Assembly (NCBI GenBank): GCA_964350935.1 | Contig: CAYGLL010000003.1 | Span: 1,487-65,486 of the forward strand | From: an uncultured Candidatus Saccharibacteria bacterium | GTDB lineage: Bacteria; Patescibacteriota; Minisyncoccia; Phycocordibacterales; CAYGLL01 | DNA length: 64,000 nt | Direction of reading: 5' to 3' | Shown here: in pieces, positions 47,045 to 58,442 of the stretch | How positions within the stretch are numbered: the stretch's first letter is position 1 | How the letters are laid out: each line of letters begins with the position of its first letter | Made by a program: the position numbers and the translations under genes | Notes under the pieces: model-generated | Told to the model about the DNA's origin: nothing | The model's database searches: none | What the model saw: the letters and a program-made list of their open reading frames with translations, nothing else

Positions 47045-47084
47045 CAAAACTAGAAATATATGTAAATTTCCCTTTAGGAATACT

Positions 47085-47435
47085 ATGAACCGCTACTCAA
47101 TTCTCGCGCTCTTTTCAGTATTTGTGATTCTCGTCAGTTTCTTTCTTGGTTTTGAACCAATTTCTCGCATGGTTGGAATGGGCATTGTTTTCTACGCTGG
47201 GTACAAGCTGGAGATAATCGAGATTCCCTTGTTTGTCTCAGGGATCACCGGACTAATTCTTGCGTTTGTTTGTAAGGATTTTACACCCTGGGCTTATCCG
47301 GAACCGCCATTTATTGGAGGAAAGGGGAGTTGGGCACTTTGGTTTGCGCTTCTGCTCATTTCAATTTTTGCTCTTGTCTGGGGTATATGTGAAGCGTTCA
47401 AAAACGAACAGGTGCGTGTCGAAACGACTGACTGA
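47085..47435 (+). CDS. small membrane protein
   Basis: Start at MNRYSILALFSV. It has three TM helices. Confidence 0.35.
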   Translation: MNRYSILALFSVFVILVSFFLGFEPISRMVGMGIVFYAGYKLEIIEIPLFVSGITGLILAFVCKDFTPWAYPEPPFIGGKGSWALWFALLLISIFALVWGICEAFKNEQVRVETTD

Positions 47436-47475
47436 ACATTTAGGGCCTTCTTGATAAGGCACAACAAAAACCACT

Positions 47476-47512
47476 GCAGATTGCTCTGCAGTGGTTTTTT
47501 TCTTTGTATTTT
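47476..47512. terminator. bidirectional rho-independent terminator
   Basis: aaaaaccactgcagattgctctgcagtggttttttt. Confidence 0.65.
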
Positions 47513-47519
47513 CCACTTA

Positions 47520-49049
47520 CTATCTCGCGGTTTCGATTGCGCGCATTTCACGAATGACCGTCACGCGAATTTCGCCAGGATATTTGAGTTCCTGTTCAAT
47601 TTTGAGAGCGATGTTGCGTGAAAGGTTTTTAGCCTCGAGATCTGACATTTCTTCCGGCTTAACAAAGACGCGGATTTCGCGGCCGGCCTGAAGAGCGTAT
47701 GACTTCTCGATTCCAGGGAAACCATTGGCAATCGCTTCGAGATCCTGAAGACGTTTGAGATAGTTTTCAATTGAATCACGTCGTGCGCCGGGACGTCCGC
47801 CGGAAATTGCGTCGGCAACCTGAACAATGATTGATTCGGGTGTTTCGTACGGATATTCCTCGTGGTGTGCCTGCATTGCTTTAACGATTGCTTCGTCTGC
47901 GCCGAACTTCTGGAGAATTCTGCGACCAATCTCAACGTGTGTTCCCTGAACTTCGTGGTCGACAGCTTTTCCAATGTCGTGGACAAGAGCTCCGGCTTTC
48001 GCAACTGCTACGTTTGCGCCGAGTTCCTGTGCGATCATGCCCGCGATGTGAGCCATTTCAATTGAGTGCTGCAAAACGTTCTGACCGTAACTCGTACGGA
48101 AGTAGAGGCGGCCCAAGATTGAAAGAATACGGGTGTCGAGATTCAAAACACCAACTTCATACGCAGCCTGCTGGCCTTTCTCCTTTATGATTTTGTTGAT
48201 GTCCTGAGTTGCCTTTTCAACCTCCTTCTCGATTTTTGCTGGCTGAATACGGCCGTCAACGATAAGATTTTCAAGAGCCATGCGGGCGATTTGGCGGCGG
48301 ACAGGGTCAAACGAAGAGAGGGTAATCGTGCCGGGAGTGTCGTCCACAATAACTTCAACGCCGGTTGCGCGTTCAAACGCTTTGATGTTACGGCCTTCTT
48401 TACCGATGATTTTCCCTTTGATCTCATCATTAGGGATGTTGACGCTTGAGGTAAAGATATCTGATGAAACTGAGTTGCCGAGGCGGTGAACAGCCGACGT
48501 AATGATTTCTTTGGCGCGCGCCTCAAGTTTTTCCTCACCCGTTTGTTCAAGTTTCTGCATGCGCACCAGAAGATCGTTCTCAGCATTTTTCTCAATCGCT
48601 TTCAGGAGTTCGTTTTTCGCTTCCTCGCGAGAAAGTCCGGCAACGCGTTCAAGCTCGCCCTGTTTTTTTAATTCCATTGCGTCGACCTTGTCTTTCTTTT
48701 CTTTGATTTCGGTAATTTTGCCTTTGAGTGCAACAACTTCTTTATCGAGCTCCGACTGGCGTTTTTCAACGATGTCCTCTTTATTGATAACGCGCTCCTC
48801 TGCTTTCTTAAGTTTCTCTTCCTTTTCTCGCATTTCCGACCGGACTTCCTTCAAGGTTTCGGATGCTTTATTCTCGGCTTCGATTAATATTTTTTTTGAC
48901 TTCTCCTGTGCCTGAAGTTCCATTTGTTTCAACTCAAGCTCCATCGAGCCTTTTTTGCCAAGCGAAATGATCAGACGCAGATAATAGCCGAGGGCGATGC
49001 CGATTGCCCCGGCGATACTCCCATACATTATGACTAATTTAAGTGACAT
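47520..49049 (-). CDS. rny: ribonuclease Y
   Basis: N-terminal TM helix, coiled coil, KH domain and HD domain (HSIEMAHIAGMIAQELG...LVHDIGK). Confidence 0.85.
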   Translation of the reverse strand: MSLKLVIMYGSIAGAIGIALGYYLRLIISLGKKGSMELELKQMELQAQEKSKKILIEAENKASETLKEVRSEMREKEEKLKKAEERVINKEDIVEKRQSELDKEVVALKGKITEIKEKKDKVDAMELKKQGELERVAGLSREEAKNELLKAIEKNAENDLLVRMQKLEQTGEEKLEARAKEIITSAVHRLGNSVSSDIFTSSVNIPNDEIKGKIIGKEGRNIKAFERATGVEVIVDDTPGTITLSSFDPVRRQIARMALENLIVDGRIQPAKIEKEVEKATQDINKIIKEKGQQAAYEVGVLNLDTRILSILGRLYFRTSYGQNVLQHSIEMAHIAGMIAQELGANVAVAKAGALVHDIGKAVDHEVQGTHVEIGRRILQKFGADEAIVKAMQAHHEEYPYETPESIIVQVADAISGGRPGARRDSIENYLKRLQDLEAIANGFPGIEKSYALQAGREIRVFVKPEEMSDLEAKNLSRNIALKIEQELKYPGEIRVTVIREMRAIETAR

Positions 49050-49349
49050 ATGCGGTTTGCGTCCCGCTTTTTATCTCGTGTGTACCAAAATTAGGCCTTC
49101 AAGGCTTTCATCAAAAGATATCTTTACAAGTGAATTAAAACTTTCGATCATGGAAGTGTTTCGGTGTTGTAACGATAACGGACGGGATAAAAAACAGAAC
49201 GGTAATTACAAGTGCTAATATCCACATCATAGTTGACTTTTGCTTTTTTGTCTACATTAAGGCTTGGTCCGCTTTTTGGCGGACACCACTAAACTTTTTA
49301 AGTGAAAATCCTCTTTTATAGAACATTGCGGAGTCGAGTCTGCGAGACG

Positions 49350-49384
49350 AGCATAGGAAAACCCTACATCATCTTGTAGGGTTT
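49350..49384 (-). terminator. terminator after clpP
   Basis: aaaccctacaagatgatgtagggtttt on the minus strand. Confidence 0.5.
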
Positions 49385-49418
49385 ATCCGCGTTCTATAAA
49401 AGGGGGTTTGAGCGACCC

Positions 49419-50009
49419 CTACTTCTTGTTTTTGAGAATTTCGTCGACGATACCGTATTTAAGTGCTTCTTCCGCACCCATGAAGAAGTCACGGTCAACA
49501 TCTCTTTCGATTTTTTCGAGCGTTTGGCCGCTGTTCTCTGCCAGAATGCCATTAAGTTGCCGTTTCAGCTTCAAAATCTGCTTTGCCGAAATCTCGATAT
49601 CTGATGCCTGACCTTCAACACCACCCAACGGCTGGTGGATCATGACTTCAGAGTGGGGGAGAATGAAGCGCTTACCCTTAGTTCCGGCCGAGAGGAGAAT
49701 CGAGGCCATCGAGGCGGCAATACCGACACAGATCGTTGAAACCTCATTCTTAATGTGTTTCATCGTGTCATAAATCGCCATGCCAGCATACACGCTTCCG
49801 CCGCCTGAGTTGATATAGAGCATAATGTCTTTCTTTGCGTCTTCGGATTGAAGAAAGAGGAACTGCGCAATGATGATATTTGCCGTATGCTCGTCGATGG
49901 GGCCGCCGAGAAAGATAATACGCTCTTTAAGGAGGCGCGAGTAAATATCATAAGCGCGCTCGCCGAACTGAGACTTTTCAATGACGGTTGGAATGAGAAT
50001 TGATGACAT
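49419..50009 (-). CDS. clpP: ATP-dependent Clp protease proteolytic subunit
   Basis: Catalytic Ser motif GIAASMAS and His in MIHQP, with a typical ClpP length. Confidence 0.9.
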   Translation of the reverse strand: MSSILIPTVIEKSQFGERAYDIYSRLLKERIIFLGGPIDEHTANIIIAQFLFLQSEDAKKDIMLYINSGGGSVYAGMAIYDTMKHIKNEVSTICVGIAASMASILLSAGTKGKRFILPHSEVMIHQPLGGVEGQASDIEISAKQILKLKRQLNGILAENSGQTLEKIERDVDRDFFMGAEEALKYGIVDEILKNKK

Positions 50010-50205
50010 ATGTTAGTAAATAGTTAGTAGTAAGTAGAAAGTAGTGTGCAGAAACAGGGAAAGTATATCAGCGCTTCTAAAAATTGACAAATAATAAAAT
50101 TAAGGTAATTTGGTTTTGAATCGCTCTTTGTAATTACATTGCCGAGAATTTCGATTCAAGGTTTGAGTCACCTAAACAAAGTCTCAAGTACACCTGTATA
50201 TCCGT

Positions 50206-50880
50206 ATGAAACCAGAACTACCGTTACATCGAATTGACATAACAGCGTTGGCGGAGAGGATTGATGAGTCTGAGACGACAGTGAAGCTGGCTCTCAAAGG
50301 AGGTGACCGAGACTCCTTTTGTGGTCTTGGTCAGATTCGCAGTGTCAAAGATGCTGAACGTTTTTTTAAGAGAACCGAAAATCCAGTGCGACGGGCGGAG
50401 ATCGCTTTACGAGGTATCGGATTTTGCAAGTCACTCGAAGAGCTTGAGGGTTTTGAGGCCTTTGTTCAGGTGAATGAGTTCGCCAACCCTAACCCCGTTC
50501 AAAGTACGAGTCTCGATTTCAGAGCGGCCTATACAACCAGATTCCGAGCACTGTGGCCCGATGCGGAAGCTCGTGTCAGAACATTCACGGACGGATGGAA
50601 ACTCTATGAGTCCGTCGATCCCGAAGTGTTTCCTGACCTTGCGCGAAATGCGCTCTTGCTCACCGTACGGCTGGGGAATGATCCTGAAGAAATTGTCAGA
50701 CTTGTTCGTGTCGAGGTTCTTGAGGGGGAGGATGGCAGGATTCTCCTTGGTCGGGCATATGATCTTGCAACGCCTGAACAGGTTGTTGAAATGCTCAAAC
50801 AGGGCGACATAGAACAACGGCACGGTATGCTTTTTAATGATGCTGTCTGTTTCGTCTCTACACTCTTCGAGAAGGAATAA
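50206..50880 (+). CDS. hypothetical protein (GC-elevated)
   Basis: 224-aa ORF with the strong terminator cccgccgaacacaatcggcggg+T6. The overlapping minus-strand ORF 50431-51216 is rejected. Confidence 0.4.
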   Translation: MKPELPLHRIDITALAERIDESETTVKLALKGGDRDSFCGLGQIRSVKDAERFFKRTENPVRRAEIALRGIGFCKSLEELEGFEAFVQVNEFANPNPVQSTSLDFRAAYTTRFRALWPDAEARVRTFTDGWKLYESVDPEVFPDLARNALLLTVRLGNDPEEIVRLVRVEVLEGEDGRILLGRAYDLATPEQVVEMLKQGDIEQRHGMLFNDAVCFVSTLFEKE

Positions 50881-51054
50881 TTTTGTTTCAAACCCGCCGA
50901 ACACAATCGGCGGGTTTTTTGTTTGACAGCATATTTTTTTGGAGTAAGGTAACCTCGAACGGTTCTTTGCAAATGGTTTGCGAAGATAAACAAAAAACTG
51001 GCGAGTCTTGCGCATCGCGCAGGAAGAGCCCAAAAAAAAGAAAGGAACGAGCGT

Positions 51055-51999
51055 ATGAAAAAAACAGCGCGAGTTACTACGGAAAAAATGAGTAGGGCAC
51101 AGCGGGATGAGATACGGCAGAAGAATCGGAAGTTTCCGTTCGATACGAGAACGAGGAAGTTGGTTCACGCAGACGCGAGTGGTCTCTGGGCGACATTGGA
51201 GATGTTCGCATCTCATGGTTTAACCGAGCGACACATGAATCGGTTGCGGAAAGAGAAAGCACTTCTCGCTGCGGTTGGTGATTTCATTCTTCTTGACGGT
51301 TTCGCGCCTGTTTCGGGTTACGAGGCCGCGGCCGTGAACATTCTTGGTGCTGAGAATGTGATTCTTGCGCCGTCATTCTTTCTTCATCTTGGAGGTCTCG
51401 AACGGAGACACGCACAACCGATATCCTACCATTCGCACTCATCGAGATCCGCTCTTGATAGTGAAGATATGGCGGAGTTTCAAAAAATGCTTCGCGGTTG
51501 TGGGAGAGAGAATGCTCTGGGGACTGCACGCTGGGTCATGTGTTATCTTCATGGTACCGATACTGTTACTGCAAACAGGGTGTGGGGCACACTCCCCATT
51601 TTTACCGAAGGTCTCGATCCCAACTCTTGCGGTTCCTGGTTTTCGGTTCCGATAACACAGGAAGGGTATTATCTTCTTGATTTTGGAGTCGAGAAGTTTG
51701 TTGGCCGGGACGATTCCGCGCGCCACACTCTTTTACTTGAAACCAAAACAGAAGAGGCCTCGGACGAAGTTGTCCTCCTCGCACTCGCACTCGGACTTCT
51801 TTCAAAGCATCGACATTTGATGCCGCCAGGAAGTTACCATCATGGTAACCATCGGCACAACGGCAACTATCCATTCATTGGTGTTACTGAAGATGGTTTT
51901 ATCGACGTTCGCACCGATGTGCCCGATCACCTCATGCAGTTTTTAGGCAAAGGGGGGCCGGGAATGGTTCGCTCATTCTATCTCGGAGATCTTTCATGA
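51055..51999 (+). CDS. hypothetical protein (GC-elevated)
   Basis: 314-aa ORF with the strong terminator gccccgttcgcgcatgcgcgaacggggc+T6. Confidence 0.4.
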   Translation: MKKTARVTTEKMSRAQRDEIRQKNRKFPFDTRTRKLVHADASGLWATLEMFASHGLTERHMNRLRKEKALLAAVGDFILLDGFAPVSGYEAAAVNILGAENVILAPSFFLHLGGLERRHAQPISYHSHSSRSALDSEDMAEFQKMLRGCGRENALGTARWVMCYLHGTDTVTANRVWGTLPIFTEGLDPNSCGSWFSVPITQEGYYLLDFGVEKFVGRDDSARHTLLLETKTEEASDEVVLLALALGLLSKHRHLMPPGSYHHGNHRHNGNYPFIGVTEDGFIDVRTDVPDHLMQFLGKGGPGMVRSFYLGDLS

Positions 52000-52129
52000 C
52001 AACTTGCCCCGTTCGCGCATGCGCGAACGGGGCTTTTTTCATGTAAAAGCGGAGCTATTGACAAAATAGCAATTTCAGTATAGTCTATTTTTTGAACCAG
52101 AACCTTCAACAACCACAGCTAAGGAAACT

Positions 52130-52348
52130 ATGGACATCTACAACCGGTATCTTATGAGGCCTTCGGGTGAACGAAAACATCAGGCGCAAACAGCGCCCGA
52201 ATCCGCAACTTTCGCGGTCATGGATCTTCTCCGGTCAGAGGAAAAACTGCCGGCCGGATGGGATCAAATGGGTGAGACGGAGAGAAACAAACTGATGGAG
52301 AAAATGTGTGATTACATCAGTCGATCCATTGAGGATTTCCGACCGTGA
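52130..52348 (+). CDS. small hypothetical protein
   Basis: 72-aa ORF with the terminator gcggacgagaccactctcgtccgc+T. Confidence 0.3.
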   Translation: MDIYNRYLMRPSGERKHQAQTAPESATFAVMDLLRSEEKLPAGWDQMGETERNKLMEKMCDYISRSIEDFRP

Positions 52349-52416
52349 GCTTTTGAAGCGGACGAGACCACTCTCGTCCGCTTTTTTATTTTTTTAAAAT
52401 AAGTACACTAGACTCT

Positions 52417-53127
52417 ATGCGACTCCATAACTTTTTTATTGAGCACCCAATCGGTAATGCGACGAGTATTTCGGTTGAAGATACCGACCTCATTCATCAG
52501 TGGTTAAAAGTTTTTCGTATGAAGACGGGAGATCGCGTCGTACTTTTAGACAACAGCGGTAGTGAGTATGAGTGTGAGATAACAATGCTTTCCCATGACT
52601 CAGCTCGGTGCACTGTTGTTGAGAAACGACAGAATAAAAATATTTTATCAAAAGATGTCTGGCTGTTTCAATCGCTCGTGAAAAAAGATACGTTCGAGTG
52701 GGTTGCCGAAAAAGCAACCGAGCTTGGTGTTACACACATTGTGCCGATTGTTTCAGAACGTAGCGAAAAAAAGGATATCAATGTCGATCGATTGAAAAAA
52801 ATTATCAGGGAAGCTTCCGAGCAGTCTTTTCGGGGGACTCTTCCGATTCTCCACCCGGTACAAAATCTTGAAGTGACTCTTTCAGACGTTACTGCGGCGA
52901 GCGAAATAAAACGGATCGCTCTCCATACGGCAGGCCCCGCATTTTTACATGAAAGCATGAAATCCAATAAGCTCGCCTTTTTTATCGGGCCTGAGGGTGG
53001 CTGGACCGAGAGTGAGATCAACCTTTTTTCAACTCACGAGGTGCCCGTGTACTCACTCGGCGCTCAGGTGTTGCGATCGGAAACTGCTGCGATCGCTGCG
53101 CTCTCGCTTGCACTTTTGAGTTCGTAG
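52417..53127 (+). CDS. rsmE: 16S rRNA (uracil1498-N3)-methyltransferase RsmE
   Basis: 236 aa with an N-terminal PUA-like domain and a C-terminal SPOUT fold (FFIGPEGGWTESE). Confidence 0.65.
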   Translation: MRLHNFFIEHPIGNATSISVEDTDLIHQWLKVFRMKTGDRVVLLDNSGSEYECEITMLSHDSARCTVVEKRQNKNILSKDVWLFQSLVKKDTFEWVAEKATELGVTHIVPIVSERSEKKDINVDRLKKIIREASEQSFRGTLPILHPVQNLEVTLSDVTAASEIKRIALHTAGPAFLHESMKSNKLAFFIGPEGGWTESEINLFSTHEVPVYSLGAQVLRSETAAIAALSLALLSS

Positions 53128-53202
53128 AACAGATAGAGGAGAGACCATGCTCTGGTATTGACGCTCGCGCTTTGAAGAGTAGGCTGGTTAAGGAGATGTT
53201 CT

Positions 53203-53691
53203 ATGACTAACACTGAGCGTATTATCCGTGGACATTTTTTTGATACCGAGGACGACAGAGAGTATTTCAGGGTGTACGAGCGATACCGCAGACTTTTCTT
53301 TACTGTTCAGAGGGAAAACGGGCGGCGCAAACGTTTCTTTGAATTTCGTTTGGCGAAAGCAAATTTCAGTCGCGAAGAGGCACGGCGTTATTTTGAAGTG
53401 ACGCGGTTTGGGCGCATTCCTTTATTTGAACCCCAGGTATCCCGTGGCTACTGGCTCCTCCGATGGCTTCAGATTCTTCAGGTTGTTTTTCGCGACAGCA
53501 CGGTTCCCGTGGGAGACCACGAGAGTCTTGTTGTCGGCGAGGCCTATGAATTTTTCTGCGGTGAAAAAGAGTACGAACGAGCCGCAGTGGTGCTGCGTCT
53601 TTCACGGGAGTGCAAAGTTCCGTTTCGACGATCAGTAGTACTCGCGCGTCATGATGCGTATATCGAAACTCTCACAACAAAAGTCGCGTAG
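53203..53691 (+). CDS. hypothetical protein
   Basis: 162-aa ORF with a terminator at 53682-53720. Confidence 0.3.
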   Translation: MTNTERIIRGHFFDTEDDREYFRVYERYRRLFFTVQRENGRRKRFFEFRLAKANFSREEARRYFEVTRFGRIPLFEPQVSRGYWLLRWLQILQVVFRDSTVPVGDHESLVVGEAYEFFCGEKEYERAAVVLRLSRECKVPFRRSVVLARHDAYIETLTTKVA

Positions 53692-53735
53692 CTTTTTGCT
53701 CGCGACTTTTTCTTTTTTATAGCTGAGAGACAGGA

Positions 53736-54797
53736 TTACTTTTTCTGTGACTCCAGAAACCCAAACACTTTTTCATTCATGAGGACCAGGGTTACGTAGT
53801 CTTCTACGCGATCGCGCGCGGCATCTTTATGTTCTTTCATAACCTGGTCAGTTTCATTTTTGATTTCTTCGGCGGTCGGAGAAATTTTTTCTTCGCCAGC
53901 AATTGCACTCAGAATCAATTGAAGCGATGCACGTTTTTTTGCATCGGGAATCCACTCGGTCCGCAGCTCGTCCGGAGTTTTTTTTATGTGTTTGATGTAG
54001 TCTTCGACTTTAAGGCCCATGCGCTCGATGTCCATTTTGAAGCGAACATCGATTTTTTCGAGTTCATGTTCGATCAGTAGTTTGGGCGGCGTGATCGATG
54101 TTTCTTTTAAGATTTTATCGGTGAGCGCAATGCGGCGTTTGTCTTTTGCCTGAGTTTCTTTTTCCCGTACCAACCCCGCCTTTATTTTTTCTTTGAAATC
54201 TGCGACATCTTTAAAATTTCCAATGAGTTTGACGAACTCATCAGTGACAGGCGGGAGCTTAAGATCTTTATCGTTCTCAACATGCTCGTGAGGTTCACCG
54301 GTGGTGTGTTTGTGTTCGTGCTCCGCGCGCGCAATGTGGCGACGTATGTCATCAATCGCATCGGTAATTTCCTTTTCAGTTATTTCAGTCGGCGATTCTT
54401 TTTTTGAAAAAATATCTGCAGCAATTTTTTTGTAGTCGGGAAGTTTGATCTCCGGCAAGACCGAGGTCGTTGCCTTGAAGCCGAGCGCATTTCCCGGAGC
54501 GAGTTTGGTAATTTGGATTGACGGATAGCCAATCGCTTTTATTTTTTCCTCGGTCACAATTTTTCCGTACACTTCGGCAACAGCGTCTTTCGCCGCTTCC
54601 TGCAGCAGACTCGCTTCACCGACGTGTTTCACCACGACATCGTCAGGCGCAAACCCCGGACGAAAACCTTTGATCTCGATGGTCTTTTTTAAATTTTGAA
54701 GCGTTTTCGATCGATAGGGAAGAAACGCGTCCCAGGGAAGTTCGGCCTCGATCTCAATCTGTGAATCCTCGATATTTTTTTTGGTGTGAGTATGCAT
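53736..54797 (-). CDS. tig: trigger factor (short form)
   Basis: N-terminal ribosome-binding domain with a GFRPG motif (IKGFRPGFAPDDVVVKHVG). Start at MHTHTKK. Confidence 0.65.
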   Translation of the reverse strand: MHTHTKKNIEDSQIEIEAELPWDAFLPYRSKTLQNLKKTIEIKGFRPGFAPDDVVVKHVGEASLLQEAAKDAVAEVYGKIVTEEKIKAIGYPSIQITKLAPGNALGFKATTSVLPEIKLPDYKKIAADIFSKKESPTEITEKEITDAIDDIRRHIARAEHEHKHTTGEPHEHVENDKDLKLPPVTDEFVKLIGNFKDVADFKEKIKAGLVREKETQAKDKRRIALTDKILKETSITPPKLLIEHELEKIDVRFKMDIERMGLKVEDYIKHIKKTPDELRTEWIPDAKKRASLQLILSAIAGEEKISPTAEEIKNETDQVMKEHKDAARDRVEDYVTLVLMNEKVFGFLESQKK

Positions 54798-54882
54798 GGG
54801 AGTTGAGTTTACTCTAATCTTTTGGAGTCGGCAAGAGAAAAAAAGTACGCGTTTCCGCAAGGCCGTTTTTAGAAAAATATTC

Positions 54883-55077
54883 TTAGTTGGTGGTGGCGGG
54901 AGAAGGGGTCGGGTCGACTGCTTTTTGAATTGATTTTCCGTAAATTAAAAATCCCCCGACAAGGAGTATGGCGAGAATGATGACGATCCCAACAATGGGA
55001 CCAAGCGATCCTTTTTCAGAATTAATTTCGGAAGGGGTTTCTTCCGATGAGATGTTTGGTGTTTTGGGATTTTCCAT
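54883..55077 (-). CDS. small membrane protein
   Basis: 64 aa with one TM helix. Confidence 0.3.
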   Translation of the reverse strand: MENPKTPNISSEETPSEINSEKGSLGPIVGIVIILAILLVGGFLIYGKSIQKAVDPTPSPATTN

Positions 55078-55166
55078 GGTTTAAGGTGAGCTAAGTATAT
55101 AGGCAAACGCCGCGATCGAAAAGTTTCGATCGCGGCGATAATGCGTTCTAATGGTGTTCGCCCGAA

Positions 55167-57164
55167 TTAAAGGAATGGAACGAGGAGAAGGGCAATGATA
55201 TTGATGATCTTGATGACAGGATTGATGGCTGGCCCCGCAGTGTCCTTATAAGGATCTCCAACCGTATCGCCAGTGACTGCGGCCTTGTGAGCTTCAGATC
55301 CTTTGCCGCCGTGGTTTCCTTCCTCAATATGCTTCTTGGCATTGTCCCACGCTGCGCCGCCTGAAGTCATTGAGATAGCGACGAAGATTCCGGTGACGAT
55401 TGAACCGACGAGAAGTCCGCCCAAGGCTTCCTTTCCAAGACCGAACGCAACAACAACAGGAATTACGACCGGAAGAAGTGCAGGGACGATCATTTCTTTA
55501 ATAGCCGCGCGCGTGACGATATCGACGCAGCGGGCGTAATCAGGAATGCCAGTACCAGCCATAATTCCTGGAATTTCTTTGAACTGTCGGCGAACTTCGA
55601 TCACTACGCTTCCTGCTGCCTTGCTGACCGCCTTCATTGAGATTGCAGCGAAGAGAAACGGAATGAGACCGCCCAAGAGAAGTCCCGCGACAACATTCGG
55701 GTCGCTCAAATCAAAGACTCCAGTAGAGCCGGCTTTTTTCAAATCCTCAACGTATGAAGCGAAGAGAACGACCGCGGCCAATCCTGCTGAACCAATTGCG
55801 TAGCCCTTGGTGACCGCCTTTGTGGTGTTACCGACAGCGTCCAATGCATCTGTGACCTCGCGGACATTCTTTGGAAGACCTGACATTTCCGCAATACCGC
55901 CGGCGTTGTCGGTAATGGGGCCGAAGGCGTCGATCGCGACGATAATGCCAGTCATTGAGAGCATGCTCATGGTTGCAAGCGCGACACCGTAGAGGCCGGC
56001 ATAGTGGTACGATGCCAAGATACTTCCGACGATCACAATGACCGGGAGCGCGGTTGCCTCCATACCGACTGAAAGACCGGTAATGATGTTTGTGCCGTGT
56101 CCAGTTTCAGATGATTTCGAAATTGAGCGGACCGGACGGAAGCTCTTTGAAGTGTAGTACTCAGTGATGAGGACGATAAGTGCGGTTGCAACGATACCGA
56201 CGATCATGGGGGCAAAAAGTTCCTTGAAACCGAGTGCGGTGCCTGTGCTCTCGGTCAAGATATTTTGGAATTTGTTTGCGAGGACAGCAAAGCCAACCAA
56301 CGCCAAGATGCTTGACGCGGCGAGACCTTTATAGAGTGCGCCCATGATCGAGCCTGACTTTCCAAGTCGGACAAAGAATATACCGATGAGTGAGGCGATA
56401 ATTGAGATGCCGCCGATGGCGAGGGGAAGCGTGATAGCTTCAGCCGCATTTGGGAAAATAAGACTGCCCAAGATCATTGCAGCAATTGCTGAAACAGCGT
56501 AGGTTTCGAAAAGGTCAGCGGCCATACCAGCACAGTCACCGACATTGTCACCGACGTTGTCGGCAATAACAGCTGGGTTGCGCGGATCGTCTTCCGGAAT
56601 TCCTGCTTCAACTTTTCCGACGAGGTCAGCACCGACGTCAGCACCTTTAGTAAAGATGCCCCCGCCCAAACGAGCGAAGACTGAGATCAAACTCCCTCCG
56701 AAGGCCAAACCAATGAGTGCTGAAACATCTTTTGTGACGAAGAAGAAGAGCGCAACCGAGAGAAGTGCGAGCCCGACAACTAAGAGTCCGGTGACCGCGC
56801 CGCCCTCGAATGCAACGGCGAGCGCTTCGCGCAAACCTTTCTTGGCCGCTTCCGCGGTCTTTACGTTAGCACGAACAGAAACGTTCATGCCGATGTAGCC
56901 GGCGACTGCTGAAGCAATAGCGCCGATCAAGAATCCAACCATTGTCGTTGAATTCAAGAAGTAGCCGATCAAGGCTGCAATGACGAGGGCCACAACTGCT
57001 ACCGTTTTGTACTGACGGTTGAGATAAGCCTTGGCGCCAGTCTGAATAGCGCTCGCAATTTTCTGCATTTTCTCGTCGCCGTTTGGCTTGCTGCCGATGC
57101 GACTAATAATAAAACCTGCTCCGACAATCGCTAACCCTGCTGAAACGAGTGAAAAAATCTCCAT
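55167..57164 (-). CDS. hppA: membrane-bound proton/sodium-translocating pyrophosphatase
   Basis: 665 aa with about 16 TM helices and the motifs [18 protein letters not shown] and [19 protein letters not shown]. Confidence 0.9.
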   Translation of the reverse strand: MEIFSLVSAGLAIVGAGFIISRIGSKPNGDEKMQKIASAIQTGAKAYLNRQYKTVAVVALVIAALIGYFLNSTTMVGFLIGAIASAVAGYIGMNVSVRANVKTAEAAKKGLREALAVAFEGGAVTGLLVVGLALLSVALFFFVTKDVSALIGLAFGGSLISVFARLGGGIFTKGADVGADLVGKVEAGIPEDDPRNPAVIADNVGDNVGDCAGMAADLFETYAVSAIAAMILGSLIFPNAAEAITLPLAIGGISIIASLIGIFFVRLGKSGSIMGALYKGLAASSILALVGFAVLANKFQNILTESTGTALGFKELFAPMIVGIVATALIVLITEYYTSKSFRPVRSISKSSETGHGTNIITGLSVGMEATALPVIVIVGSILASYHYAGLYGVALATMSMLSMTGIIVAIDAFGPITDNAGGIAEMSGLPKNVREVTDALDAVGNTTKAVTKGYAIGSAGLAAVVLFASYVEDLKKAGSTGVFDLSDPNVVAGLLLGGLIPFLFAAISMKAVSKAAGSVVIEVRRQFKEIPGIMAGTGIPDYARCVDIVTRAAIKEMIVPALLPVVIPVVVAFGLGKEALGGLLVGSIVTGIFVAISMTSGGAAWDNAKKHIEEGNHGGKGSEAHKAAVTGDTVGDPYKDTAGPAINPVIKIINIIALLLVPFL

Positions 57165-57242
57165 ACAAATTAGTAATAATACCTAGTAATAAAGCCGCAA
57201 AATAGAATATACTCCTTTTAACAACCGTGTTATTTTACACCG

Positions 57243-58442
57243 TTATTCCTTTTCATCAACTACCTCAACAGTAGCTTTCGGAGGTGCCTCAGATGGGGTT
57301 CCTCCGTCAAGTTCTGCCTCTGCCGAGTTTTCTCCTGCCGTTGATCGAATGTCGATTTTCCAGCCGGTAAGTTTAGCTGCGAGACGAACGTTCTGGCCGC
57401 CTTTTCCGATAGCGAGCGACTGCTGGTCTTCGCTTACTTCAACGATCGCGCGTTTTTCTTCAGCATTTACCGTTACGCTCACCACCTTTGCCGGTGAGAG
57501 TGCGTCTTCGATGAAGCGCTTTTGGTCACCTGACCATTCTATAATATCAATTTTTTCGCCGCCGAGTTCGCTCATGACTGTTGAAACGCGGACGCCGCGC
57601 TGGCCGACGAGTGATCCGACCGGATCGATGTGGGTGTCGTTTGATGAAACGGCGATTTTTGAACGTGAGCCCGCTTCACGTGCGATTGCCTTTATTTCAA
57701 CGACGCTCGTTGCAATTTCAGGCGCTTCCTGTTCAAAAAGTTTTGCGAGAAAACGCGGGTGTGATCGTGAGACGCGCAAGAATATGCCGCGCGGAGATTC
57801 TTCTACGTTGTAGAGATAGGCGCGCAGGCGTTCCCCCTGGCGGAATCGTTCGCCCGGGATCTGCTCTTCGTAGGGAAGAATTGCCGTTGCGCGTCCCATA
57901 TCAATAAAGATATTTCCGCGTTCAATGCGCTGCACAGTTCCTGAAATAACTTCACCCTCGCGTGCGCCATATTCATTCAAGACAGAAACTTTTTCAGCCT
58001 CGCGGACTTTTTGAATAATCACTTGCTTTGCGGTCTGAGCTGCAATACGTCCGTAGTCATCTTTTGTCTCGAGGGGGAAGACGATTTCGTCGTCGATCGC
58101 AGCATCTTTTTTTATTTTTTTAGCGTCGTCAAGAAGAATGTGGTGCTCGGCGTTGAAACGAACTTTGTGTTCAGTGTCTACAGCCATTTCTTCAGGTGTG
58201 AGTTCCGGTTCGTCTTCAAAACGAACGAGCGTACCATCAACAACGATTTTAACTTGGTAGAAATCAGTTTTCCCGGAGTTGAGGTCGAATTTTGCCCGCA
58301 CGATCTGACCTTTTTTTCCGTACTCTTTTTTGTAGGCGGTCGCAAGAGCAGACTCAATTGCTTCAAGAATTTTTTCACGGGGAATACCGCGTTCTTCTTC
58401 GAGTTGATCTAATACCGAATTAATTACTTTGAGGTCGAACAT
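57243..58442 (-). CDS. nusA: transcription termination/antitermination factor NusA
   Basis: N-terminal domain followed by S1 and two KH domains. Start at MFDLKV. Confidence 0.85.
   Translation of the reverse strand: MFDLKVINSVLDQLEEERGIPREKILEAIESALATAYKKEYGKKGQIVRAKFDLNSGKTDFYQVKIVVDGTLVRFEDEPELTPEEMAVDTEHKVRFNAEHHILLDDAKKIKKDAAIDDEIVFPLETKDDYGRIAAQTAKQVIIQKVREAEKVSVLNEYGAREGEVISGTVQRIERGNIFIDMGRATAILPYEEQIPGERFRQGERLRAYLYNVEESPRGIFLRVSRSHPRFLAKLFEQEAPEIATSVVEIKAIAREAGSRSKIAVSSNDTHIDPVGSLVGQRGVRVSTVMSELGGEKIDIIEWSGDQKRFIEDALSPAKVVSVTVNAEEKRAIVEVSEDQQSLAIGKGGQNVRLAAKLTGWKIDIRSTAGENSAEAELDGGTPSEAPPKATVEVVDEKE

Noticed and set aside
50431-51216. Minus-strand ORF of 261 aa overlapping two plus-strand genes
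   Set aside because: The plus-strand genes have clean terminators and protein-like composition. The minus-strand frame crosses an intergenic terminator.
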